From Microgenomates group bacterium GW2011_GWF2_47_9 (GTDB taxonomy: Bacteria > Patescibacteriota > Microgenomatia > UBA1400 > UBA12108), in the NCBI GenBank assembly GCA_001003385.1, contig LCPA01000004.1, forward strand, positions 1 through 34,508: a stretch of 34,508 bases of DNA, read 5' to 3'. The notes under the pieces are model-generated. The model searched no databases and was not told where the DNA came from. It worked only from the letters and a program-made list of their open reading frames with translations. The translations under genes were made by a program, and so were the position numbers. Below, one piece after another: positions 20,800-29,007 of this stretch (its first letter is position 1; every line of letters starts with the position of its first letter).

Positions 20800-20845
20800 A
20801 TTATAGTTGTCACTTTACCGCATCGATTATTAAGGATAGGTTAAA
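20800..20845 (-). promoter_or_regulatory. Operon promoter with candidate OmpR-family direct-repeat box TTTAAC-N5-CTTAAT
   Basis: Minus strand reads TTTAAC CTATC CTTAAT (20845-20829), 11 nt, TAAAGT (20817-20812), and a perfect TATAAT (20805-20800). Confidence 0.55.
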
Positions 20846-20863
20846 GGTTTTGGGCAATGTCTT

Positions 20864-21763
20864 TCACCAGACTGGCAGTCTCTCCGGGTCCCATAGATTG
20901 TTCCCAACTTCTCTAACTGGAAAGCCGACTGTTTCAACCGTCTCTTGGTAGGTATCTGCAAGTAAGTTTCCAGCCTTAACAATATAGATCCCATATATCC
21001 CCACGATAGCTAGGGTAAAGATCACCTCCAAAACCATTAAAACTCGCTGTTTCTTCTTGAGAGCTTTTTCCTCTTCCTGAAATTTCCCACGATTTAGATA
21101 TAGCATGACTCCTATAATTAGGATCAATATCTCAGGAACCCCTACAATGCTAAGTACCATTTTATTACCCTCAAGCGTCCCCAGCCTCACGAAAAACATC
21201 ATTAATAATGCTCGATAGATACCTCCAAGTAAAAAAAGTCCTACGAGGGCATAGGTGGTTAACTTCAGGGTTCTGGCAGAAAAATTCCGCACTTTAAAAA
21301 ATAGGTACGAACTGACAATGAGGAGTATCCCGTACAAATAAGGACTTGCAAAAAATAATGGAAAATCGACTACTACCATCGTCTTCTTCATGAGATACGC
21401 TGTCCCCGCAACCTTAGTCAGCTCTTCGAAATACAGAGAAGCCAACATAAAAAACATCACGCCGAAGATATTCTTCCATTTTTTATACCTATCTGGTTCA
21501 AGCTCTGTTTCCAGACTATTTGGCTCGTTAATCTGAGCACCAGATTTATCTGGTGTGGTTTGTGCCTGCATGTCCGACAAAGCCCTCTGATCCAATCTAG
21601 AATCTGATTTAAGCTTGTCTTTCCCCACTTCGAGACTCTCAAACTCAGCCGCGACAACCTCAACCGACCACCCCCTGGCGATCAACATATCCTTAATAAG
21701 CTGTTCCGGATAACCGGCAGATTTTTGCGCTTTGATATACTGGGAGAGCTGTTCATTAGTCAT
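20864..21763 (-). CDS. Hypothetical multi-pass membrane protein
   Basis: N-terminal 'L.QYIK....GY....IK..L...GW' small domain, common in CPR proteins, followed by ~5 TM helices. TATAGT lies 6 nt before ATG. Confidence 0.7.
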   Translation of the reverse strand: MTNEQLSQYIKAQKSAGYPEQLIKDMLIARGWSVEVVAAEFESLEVGKDKLKSDSRLDQRALSDMQAQTTPDKSGAQINEPNSLETELEPDRYKKWKNIFGVMFFMLASLYFEELTKVAGTAYLMKKTMVVVDFPLFFASPYLYGILLIVSSYLFFKVRNFSARTLKLTTYALVGLFLLGGIYRALLMMFFVRLGTLEGNKMVLSIVGVPEILILIIGVMLYLNRGKFQEEEKALKKKQRVLMVLEVIFTLAIVGIYGIYIVKAGNLLADTYQETVETVGFPVREVGNNLWDPERLPVW

Positions 21764-21777
21764 ACTTCTACTATACT

Positions 21778-22911
21778 ATGAAAAGATTCCTCCTACTCCT
21801 ATTGGGATTCTTATTCCTCTTATTATTTGGGCATTCTCGCCTCGACAATAGTGACCTGCCTATTGCTGATTCTCTTGACTATCTTTCTACCCCCAAAAAC
21901 TTTAGGGTTGAAGTTCTAAGTAACAAAGTTGTCGGGGCTCGCAGTCTCACAAAAAGCAGAGATGGAGTCATCTACATTGGAACTCGCAAAGAAGGGGTTG
22001 TCTATGCGCTATATGATTCAAACGGCGATACCATACCAGACAAAACTCAAGTTGTCATAAGTGAACTCAATAGCCCAAACGGAGTTGCCTATCACAACAA
22101 AGACCTCTACATCGCCGAAATCGATCGGGTGATCGTTTTGCGAAACATCGACGAGAATTTCCAAAATAGCCCCAAATACGAAATAGTCATTAAACAACTT
22201 CCAAACTCAGAACACCACGGTTGGCGATATCTCAAAGTTGGTCCCGACTCAAAATTGTACCTTAGTATCGGCGCACCTTGTAACGTCTGTGAACTCAATT
22301 ATCCCCTTGGTTCGATAGCTAGAATGAATCTAGATGGCTCAGATTTTGAAGTAATCGCGACCGGGATCCGCAACAGCGTTGGCTTCTCCTGGTCACCCCT
22401 GGACAATTCCCTATGGTTCACCGACAATGGACGAGACTGGCTCGGAGACAACGCCCCGGCCGATGAACTAAACCATCTGTCAGGCACCACCAATAATTTC
22501 GGCTTTCCTTATTGTCATGCGGGAGAAATCCTGGATCCTATCTTTGGGAAGGGGAGACAATGTAATTCCTACGCCAACCCTGCGATCAAGCTCGCCCCCC
22601 ACGCCGCCGCACTTGGCATAACATTCTATACCGGTAGTATGTTCCCAAGCGAATACAAACAAAAAATTTTTATCGCTGAACATGGCTCCTGGAACCGAAA
22701 AGAGCCAATCGGGTATCGCATCACTACTGTAGAACTAAAGGATAATCAAGCAGTAAACTACGAAGTCTTCGCCGAAGGGTGGCTAGACAAATCAGGTAGT
22801 CCCCTTGGCAGGCCGGTAGACATCCTAGAAATGAATGACGGCTCACTCGTCGTCTCAGACGACCTCTCAGGCACGATCTATCGTATTATCTACTCCTCGC
22901 TCCCAGAATGA
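21778..22911 (+). CDS. Sorbosone dehydrogenase-like / PQQ-dependent sugar dehydrogenase (beta-propeller), exported
   Basis: N-terminal signal/anchor, HHGWR, GAPCNVC, GIRNSVG, DNGRDWLGD..P.DELN, FGFPYCH, HGSWNR, GRPVD, SDD. Confidence 0.88.
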   Translation: MKRFLLLLLGFLFLLLFGHSRLDNSDLPIADSLDYLSTPKNFRVEVLSNKVVGARSLTKSRDGVIYIGTRKEGVVYALYDSNGDTIPDKTQVVISELNSPNGVAYHNKDLYIAEIDRVIVLRNIDENFQNSPKYEIVIKQLPNSEHHGWRYLKVGPDSKLYLSIGAPCNVCELNYPLGSIARMNLDGSDFEVIATGIRNSVGFSWSPLDNSLWFTDNGRDWLGDNAPADELNHLSGTTNNFGFPYCHAGEILDPIFGKGRQCNSYANPAIKLAPHAAALGITFYTGSMFPSEYKQKIFIAEHGSWNRKEPIGYRITTVELKDNQAVNYEVFAEGWLDKSGSPLGRPVDILEMNDGSLVVSDDLSGTIYRIIYSSLPE

Positions 22912-23846
22912 AATTTCTCGTGCACCCGCCTCAACTGTGGATTTGTGACATGAGTATAAATCTGCGTTGTTGCGATATTCTTGTGTCCCAACATCTCCTG
23001 GACCTCTCTTAACCCCGCCCCATGCGAAATCAAATCAGTCGCAAAAGAGTGTCGCAGGACATGGGGCGTTACCGAAAAGGGCAGGTGGGCCAAACGTCCG
23101 TACTTGGCAATTATTCTCTGGACAGATCTGGTAGTCAGCCGGAGTCTTGCCCCCTCCCTAACTTCATCAATCGCAGGTTTACGACTGTGCTGTATAAAAA
23201 CCGGGGCATAGTGGTCATTTCGCTCTTTCAAATATCGCTCGATCCAATGGCAGGCGCGAGAAGATAAAAATACGACTCTAATCTTTTTGCCCTTCCCAAC
23301 TACCCCAAATTCTCTAGTTTCCAAGTTCAAGGTCACCTTATTAAGAGAAACCAGTTCCGACACCCTAAGGCCCGTTGAAAACAACACCTCCATAATCACT
23401 CGGTCACGCAAACCATAAATCGTCGAGACGTCAACTGCCTCCATCATCCTTGAAATAGAATCAAAATCCATAAACTTGATCGAGTGGTCTTTGCCTTTAG
23501 GCAACTCTAACCGCTCGGGGCTCACCACCTCGTAATCTTGCCGCACCAAATACCTAAGCATGGATCGAATCGCAATTACGTAATAGCCCTGGGTCACGGG
23601 GGCCAAAAACTCTCCCCGTTCGTTCTTCCGGTTAGCTAAATAGAGTCGGTACTGCTTAAGCATTTTGGGAGTGACCATCTCCATCCTCGCAACGTGGATC
23701 TGTTTCTTAAGCCAGTCGATGAAGGTAGTTAAGTACAGTCTGTAATTGCGAACTGTGTAAGGCGAGACTTGACGCTCAATAGTTAGGTACTCGAGGTACT
23801 CATCAACCAAGTCCTCTAATGCAGATGATCTGGACTTATCACTCAT
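22890..23846 (-). CDS. Xer-family (XerC/D-like) tyrosine recombinase
   Basis: N-terminal SAM-like YL..ER..S.YT.RNY. Intact catalytic set: GLRVSEL (R), GKGKK (K), HVLRHSFAT (H-x-x-R), LGH, TTQIYTH (Y). Confidence 0.93.
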   Translation of the reverse strand: MSDKSRSSALEDLVDEYLEYLTIERQVSPYTVRNYRLYLTTFIDWLKKQIHVARMEMVTPKMLKQYRLYLANRKNERGEFLAPVTQGYYVIAIRSMLRYLVRQDYEVVSPERLELPKGKDHSIKFMDFDSISRMMEAVDVSTIYGLRDRVIMEVLFSTGLRVSELVSLNKVTLNLETREFGVVGKGKKIRVVFLSSRACHWIERYLKERNDHYAPVFIQHSRKPAIDEVREGARLRLTTRSVQRIIAKYGRLAHLPFSVTPHVLRHSFATDLISHGAGLREVQEMLGHKNIATTQIYTHVTNPQLRRVHEKFHSGSEE

Positions 23847-23969
23847 ATATACCTGACTGCTAGAGAACTAGAATTAAATTTGGACCTGGTATATCCATCC
23901 TTTTTATACATACACATCTGGCACACATTCCTTAGTCATAAGTCCCTGTCCTATAGTGATATTAGCTAG

Positions 23970-24676
23970 TATCCTATAATAAAAGGGTAGGGAACATCAG
24001 CATGAGCATAAGAACATTGTGCGACATCATTCATTATCTGTCAACCAGGGACCTGCAAAGACAGGCTAGTTCCCCTCCAAACGCCCGATACTACCAGAGG
24101 TAGAGGCTGTAGAATCAGTTTTCTGCCACATAAACCTGCAGTCCCAACCTCTTTCAGGGCAAAAAACGAAAAAAACTTCGGTAAAACTTCGGAAAGGCAA
24201 TTTTTGGGATCCACGAACAGATGGGGGAATAATACGCACGTAAAATAGGGGTAACAGAATTAAACCGGAATTATTTTCAATTTATAAATGAAAAAAAATA
24301 ATCTTGGCCTCCCTACTCGTTCCAGGTTATATGTCATAAAAGATATATTGTGCGACATTGTCTAACCTCTTACCCTGTCGCCTTAGTCCCACTAAAAGGG
24401 CATAAGGGCCGACAAGCGAGATTAGGTTAACAACTTAACTCCATCCATCCCTCACTATTCTTTAAGCTAGTATTACTTATCGCGAATCTATCTCCTGAGA
24501 CAAGACCCCCTCGCGCGGCCAGCCCCCTCTAGCACTCAGAACTACACACCTGCTGAGTAAATATGTTTAACAGTACAAACTATATCATTCAGTTTTACAA
24601 AGATCGGTTCCCTTTTATGCACATTTCGTGAAAATATTATAGGATATATGTGAAAAACGTGATTTATTATAGGATA
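23970..24676. repeat. Perfect 14-bp inverted repeat TATCCTATAATAAA (23970-23983) / TTTATTATAGGATA (24663-24676), with extra TATTATAGGA copies at 24635 and 24682
   Basis: Read directly from the sequence. Confidence 0.85.
24016..24358. repeat. 12-bp direct repeat ATTGTGCGACAT (24016-24027, 24347-24358), resembling a dif arm
   Basis: Exact copies. The reverse complement ATGTCGCACAA resembles the E. coli XerC arm GGTGCGCATAA. Confidence 0.75.
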
Positions 24677-24694
24677 AATAATATTATAGGACTA
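24667..24694 (-). other. dif-like 11-6-11 site TAGTCCTATAA-TATTAT-TTATCCTATAA
   Basis: ATAA-N6-TTAT core. The left arm resembles the Firmicutes-type arm ACTTCCTATAA. Lies ~820 bp upstream of the Xer gene. Confidence 0.5.
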
Positions 24695-24729
24695 TACCCT
24701 CCCCTCCCCCAGATACACAACCCGTTTTT

Positions 24730-25599
24730 CTAGATCGACCACCGCACCAAAACTGTTGTAACTATGACCGCAAGAACGATAAGTGCAAACCCCATATATT
24801 CCTGTACTGTCCGCTGGAAAAGCCGCTTGTCTAGATCCTGCTGAAAGAGCCCAAGGATGACATACATCATCATCGCAAGCATAATGCTCGCAAGCGCTAC
24901 ATCAATAAGCCAAAATGACAAAGCCAAGCTTGCCTCCGCTACCACACTAGCACCCATTAGGCTATATATTAATTCACGTGTTCCCCCTTTCTCAGAGAGA
25001 GTATGTGCCCATACCCCCTGATAAAACAAGAGATAAGAGAGTCCAAACACCGTCAGAGTGATGGCATAGGCAGGTAACCGCAAAGAAAACACGACGTGGT
25101 ATATAAATGCCGCGGTAAGTACCGTAAACAAAAACCCAACCGCCCTGGCCGCCCGCAACAACTGAATAGTTCTTATTGATGCCACCGAGAAAATATTCGC
25201 AGTCAAAAGGAGTGCATACATCGAAATCGCAAAAATTATAATGACTCCGATCCGCACCACAAATGCCTGGGGTAGTAAAAAATAAAAAAGGGCCACCGAG
25301 ACGGGGTAAAGTGTCGGCAATATCATATTGCTAAACCAGGCAACCCCTCGCAAATCCCGGAAAAGCGCCCAAGCAGCCATCAAATACGAAAGTCCCAAAA
25401 AACCGATCATCGCCAGATATCTACTCTCAACAGAAATTCGCTGAATGACAAAAAGTCCCAAAGACAACGCCACCGCCACAATCACAAACTTGCGCCTCTT
25501 TGTCAAAATCGTTTTTATCGTTCGCTTGTCGCGGGCAAGCTCCCTTCTTGGAGTCACTTTTGCCTTCGGCACCCATATTCGGTTATCACCAATTCCCAT
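24730..25599 (-). CDS. Conserved polytopic membrane protein (possibly DUF5656-like)
   Basis: ~9 TM segments with N(I/V)FSVASIRTIQLLRAA motif. Overlaps the yebC 3' end. The start is uncertain, and the family name is from recall. Confidence 0.7.
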   Translation of the reverse strand: MGIGDNRIWVPKAKVTPRRELARDKRTIKTILTKRRKFVIVAVALSLGLFVIQRISVESRYLAMIGFLGLSYLMAAWALFRDLRGVAWFSNMILPTLYPVSVALFYFLLPQAFVVRIGVIIIFAISMYALLLTANIFSVASIRTIQLLRAARAVGFLFTVLTAAFIYHVVFSLRLPAYAITLTVFGLSYLLFYQGVWAHTLSEKGGTRELIYSLMGASVVAEASLALSFWLIDVALASIMLAMMMYVILGLFQQDLDKRLFQRTVQEYMGFALIVLAVIVTTVLVRWSI

Positions 25600-26305
25600 T
25601 AGAATACACCTCCTGCACGTCATTGTGCTCGCTCAAAATATCAAGTAATTTCGTAACCATCTCAGGATTTTTTACCTCAACTCTCATTTTCTCCTTATAG
25701 ATAAGATTTGCCTCAACACTTAAGACTCCTGGATCTCGTTCGGTCTTTTGAGCAATGAGGGTGAGATCCGCCGGCTCTGTATAAACAACAAAAAGTCCTT
25801 CCGGTGTTTTTTCAATATCAAGAGCTCCCATCTCAATAAGTTCAAGAGTCAACGCCTCTTCTACCTTGCCTTCGATCAAAATCTCCCCACGCTTATCAAA
25901 AAGATACATGACAGACCCTGGCTCCCCCAGATTCCCCCCACCTTTCTCCAGAATGTTCTTGATCTCGCTCACCGTCCGGTTGTGATTATCGGTGACCGCC
26001 GAAATTACAATCGCGACACCGTCTGGTCCATACCCTTCTAAGATAATCTCCTCGACTACCTCACCCTTACCTGTCCCCATCCCTTTTTCAATCGCCCGTT
26101 CGATATTGTCTTTCGGCATATTCACGCTTCTTGCCTTCTCGATCGCAAGACGTAAAGCAAAATTTTGCTCGGGGTCCCCCACCCTCCCACCTTTAATTAC
26201 CGCAACCACTATTGCGTTTGCCATCCTCGTAAACACACTTCCTTTTTTTGCGTCGGTAGCGGCTTTTTTGTGCTTAATCGTACTCCACTTCGAGTGTCCT
26301 GACAT
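25586..26305 (-). CDS. yebC: YebC/PmpR family protein
   Basis: MSGHSKWSTIKHKK, NMPKDNIERAI, EGYGP.GVA, TDN.NRT, DVQEVYSN. Confidence 0.95.
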   Translation of the reverse strand: MSGHSKWSTIKHKKAATDAKKGSVFTRMANAIVVAVIKGGRVGDPEQNFALRLAIEKARSVNMPKDNIERAIEKGMGTGKGEVVEEIILEGYGPDGVAIVISAVTDNHNRTVSEIKNILEKGGGNLGEPGSVMYLFDKRGEILIEGKVEEALTLELIEMGALDIEKTPEGLFVVYTEPADLTLIAQKTERDPGVLSVEANLIYKEKMRVEVKNPEMVTKLLDILSEHNDVQEVYSNGNW

Positions 26306-26313
26306 ACACGGTC

Positions 26314-26360
26314 ATTTTAACACGCATCGTCTTGACAAATCCACGCTCAGTCTGGATAAT
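26314..26360. promoter_or_regulatory. Divergent sigma70 promoters: + strand TTGACA-N17-GATAAT (26332-26360); - strand TGnTAAAAT (26322-26314)
   Basis: Consensus-like hexamers with 17-bp spacing. The -10 elements lie 10 and 8 nt from the respective ATGs. Confidence 0.65.
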
Positions 26361-26370
26361 CTCGAAAGGA

Positions 26371-27000
26371 ATGAAAGATTTACAATCGCAAGCAATAGCC
26401 GCCTCTCTCTGTGCAGACTGGGAAACCGCGATTGAACTCAATACTCAAATCCTCGCCGAAAATCCCCGCAACATGAACGCCCTTAATCGCCTTGCCCGAG
26501 CCTACACCGAACTTGGTCAAAAAGAATCAGCCAAGATGGTTTACGAGCAAGTCCTACAGATCGACAAATACAACTCGATCGCAATCAAAAATCTCAAACT
26601 CCTCCCCTCCAAAAATGGCACCTCTGACCTCTCTTTGTCCCCCGAAGACTTTATTGAAGAGTCAGGACTCACCAAATCCGTAGCCCTAATTAAGCCCGCC
26701 TCCAAAGAAATCCTCCTTACCCTCAACTGTAAACAAATCATCGTCTTTACTAAAAAAGGCAAACTCATCTCGGTCAACAAAGAAGATGGTACCTACATCG
26801 GCTGTCTACCCGATGACATGTCACTCAAAATTTCTCGCTGTATCCAATCTGGCTACAAATACTCAGCCTGCATCAAATCAACAAGCGACAGCCTTACGAC
26901 AATCTTTATTCGAGAAATAAAACGTCCAAATCGTCCATACGCCATCCCTTCCTTCAGCCGTCTCACCCCGCTACGCGACAAACGCCCGAAATCAAAATAG
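26371..27000 (+). CDS. TPR-containing protein with HIRAN-like C-terminal domain
   Basis: TPR pattern (W..A...N..IL..NP....ALNRLARAY.ELG....A...Y..VL..D.YN.IA), C-terminal YIG.LPDD....I...I..G.KY.A.IK. ATG 26371 follows a promoter. Confidence 0.75.
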   Translation: MKDLQSQAIAASLCADWETAIELNTQILAENPRNMNALNRLARAYTELGQKESAKMVYEQVLQIDKYNSIAIKNLKLLPSKNGTSDLSLSPEDFIEESGLTKSVALIKPASKEILLTLNCKQIIVFTKKGKLISVNKEDGTYIGCLPDDMSLKISRCIQSGYKYSACIKSTSDSLTTIFIREIKRPNRPYAIPSFSRLTPLRDKRPKSK

Positions 27001-27924
27001 GTTGGTGGCGTCTTTCCCCAAAAAAATAACCAGATCGGCACGATATTCTTCTGTCTCGGCTATCTCAATTTCCCACCAGTCAAAAAGCCCCGAAACCTGC
27101 CGTAAAACATCCCTATGTGTCTCAATATCGCTCTCTGCTATCCTGATTTTTGTCGTGTCTTCTAGTGGCTCACCATTCTCCACTCCTCGTACCGAAATCA
27201 CGTCAAATCCCATATTGGTAAAAAACTCAGCAATGTCGCTCCCCAATCCGTTTTCCCCGCTAGCGTTAAATATTGCAACCGTAACATTTTCCTCGCCCAC
27301 GGCCCAATCAAAGACTTGCGTTTTCAAAAACTCCCCCAACCTCTCCTCTCGATATATATACCCATTCCCTTCTTTCACAATCGCCCCAGATCTTACCAAC
27401 TCTTCCCGATCAACCTCCTTATAATCATATTTCTGGCTGGCAAACAACAAAGTCAAGGCGTCCAGTCTCGACATCGAGGTTCTATTTTTCGAAAATATTA
27501 GTGACTTCAGGAGTCCGGACAATAAAGCCTTCTTGGTCCCCTGCTCCTCAATCTCACTCACCAACAAATAGCCAGCTATCGGCACTTTCATAAAACCTTG
27601 CACCTTGGTTCGAATAAACCCCCCGGGGTTTCCATCGTACTCACCTAGCTTGTACAAACTAGAAACCGAGTACTCCCCAACCGATCTCGATCTAATCTTT
27701 AAGTCTGGCGGTAATGGAATGATCAAGATGCGTTTTTCCTCGGGGTCAAAAGATACATAGCTAACCATCCCCCTCTCGCTCCCGACTACCAAACTATAAC
27801 GGTACTTACTCTGAAACACTTGGCTCGCCCGGGTCTCTTGGTAAATCATGGCAATCCCAAGTATTACCAATATCCCGACTAAAACATTTTTCCACGACCC
27901 AAGAACCATAGGCATAAAATCCAT
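26992..27924 (-). CDS. LCP-like protein with LytR C-terminal domain
   Basis: N-terminal TM, degenerate LCP segment (IIPLPPD...SLYKLG...PIAGY), LytR_C motifs V.IFNASG.NGLG and ADLVIFLGKD. Confidence 0.75.
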   Translation of the reverse strand: MDFMPMVLGSWKNVLVGILVILGIAMIYQETRASQVFQSKYRYSLVVGSERGMVSYVSFDPEEKRILIIPLPPDLKIRSRSVGEYSVSSLYKLGEYDGNPGGFIRTKVQGFMKVPIAGYLLVSEIEEQGTKKALLSGLLKSLIFSKNRTSMSRLDALTLLFASQKYDYKEVDREELVRSGAIVKEGNGYIYREERLGEFLKTQVFDWAVGEENVTVAIFNASGENGLGSDIAEFFTNMGFDVISVRGVENGEPLEDTTKIRIAESDIETHRDVLRQVSGLFDWWEIEIAETEEYRADLVIFLGKDATNLF

Positions 27925-27957
27925 CCTAACACAGAATTAGTAATATAATTACTGGTC

Positions 27958-29007
27958 ATGTTCACATTATCTGACTTCGACTATGACTTGCCTGTTGACC
28001 GGATTGCGCAAAAGCCGGTAATTCCCCGCGACCAAGCAAAACTATTAGTCGTTAACCGCGCTACTAAAAAAATCACCCATCATCTGGTGTCGGATTTACT
28101 TGAGCTTGTCACTCCCCAATTTCATTTTGTAGCCAACAACACCAAAGTTTTCCCCGCCAGACTACACGGCCAAAGACAAACCGGTGGGAAGGTTGAACTT
28201 CTCCTCACAAGACCGCTTGGCAAATCAACCTATGCCTGTATCTCTAAGCCCGGTCTCAAACTCAACACTCGGATCGTTTTTAGTCACAATCTCACGGCGA
28301 GGGTTAGCGCGATAAGTAAGCATGGTCTTGAAAGAAACATTGTTTTTAGCCTCCCCGAACCAGATCTCAGAGAGGTCCTCCTAAAAATAGGCTCTACTCC
28401 CACCCCCCCTTATATCAAAAAGAGTGGAAGCTCTCATAACGACTACCAAACAATTTACGCCAAGTATGGGTTCTCTGCCGCCGCACCAACTGCCGGACTC
28501 CATTTTACGCCCCAGCTCTTAGAAAAAATTAAGGCTGAGCGCAAATGGGACGAAATTACCCTCAACGTCGGATTAGGGACATTCTTACCTGTTAAAACTA
28601 ATTCACTTGCCGATCACAAAATGCATCGCGAGACGTTCACCATTTCAAAGAAATCAGCCGAGTCACTAACCTACTCACTTACGCATAACAAACTCCTTGC
28701 AATCGGCACCACAACCGCCCGTACGCTAGAGACGGCCGTAAGTGGCCAGAAAATTGCCCCCCTGTCAGGTTCAACTAAAATTTTTATCTATCCCCCCTAT
28801 CGCTTTTCAGCTGTTTCTGCACTCCTGACCAATTTTCACCTCCCCAAAAGCACCCTTCTCATGATGGTTTCGGCCTTTACAAGTTTTCCCAATTCGGATA
28901 CACAATTTACCAACTTCAAGTCCTCGCTCTTGGGAAGCGCCTACCAAATAGCCATTGCCAATAATTATCGCTTCTTCTCATATGGTGACGCCATGCTCAT
29001 TCTATAG
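27958..29007 (+). CDS. queA: S-adenosylmethionine:tRNA ribosyltransferase-isomerase
   Basis: FDYDLP..RIAQ.P, NNTKVFPARL, PPYI, YQTIYA, AAPTAGLHFT, GLGTF.PV, TNFHLPKSTL, YRFFSYGDAM. Confidence 0.96.
   Translation: MFTLSDFDYDLPVDRIAQKPVIPRDQAKLLVVNRATKKITHHLVSDLLELVTPQFHFVANNTKVFPARLHGQRQTGGKVELLLTRPLGKSTYACISKPGLKLNTRIVFSHNLTARVSAISKHGLERNIVFSLPEPDLREVLLKIGSTPTPPYIKKSGSSHNDYQTIYAKYGFSAAAPTAGLHFTPQLLEKIKAERKWDEITLNVGLGTFLPVKTNSLADHKMHRETFTISKKSAESLTYSLTHNKLLAIGTTTARTLETAVSGQKIAPLSGSTKIFIYPPYRFSAVSALLTNFHLPKSTLLMMVSAFTSFPNSDTQFTNFKSSLLGSAYQIAIANNYRFFSYGDAMLIL

Noticed and set aside
24172-24192. Tandem AAAACTTCGG x2
   Set aside because: Only two short copies in an A-rich tract; no function can be supported.
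24002-24365. Two small + strand ORFs (33 aa from 24002, 25 aa from 24288) both containing LCDI
   Set aside because: The shared peptide is just the 12-bp DNA repeat; there is no other coding evidence.
22890-24729. Integron (intI + attC array) or prophage
   Set aside because: The recombinase lacks the IntI insertion, there is only one imperfect attC-like hairpin, and there are no cassettes or phage genes.
23847-24729. CRISPR array, oriC, tmRNA or RNase P RNA in the long intergenic region
   Set aside because: Repeats are short and irregularly spaced. I saw no DnaA boxes and no tmRNA or RNase P signature sequences.
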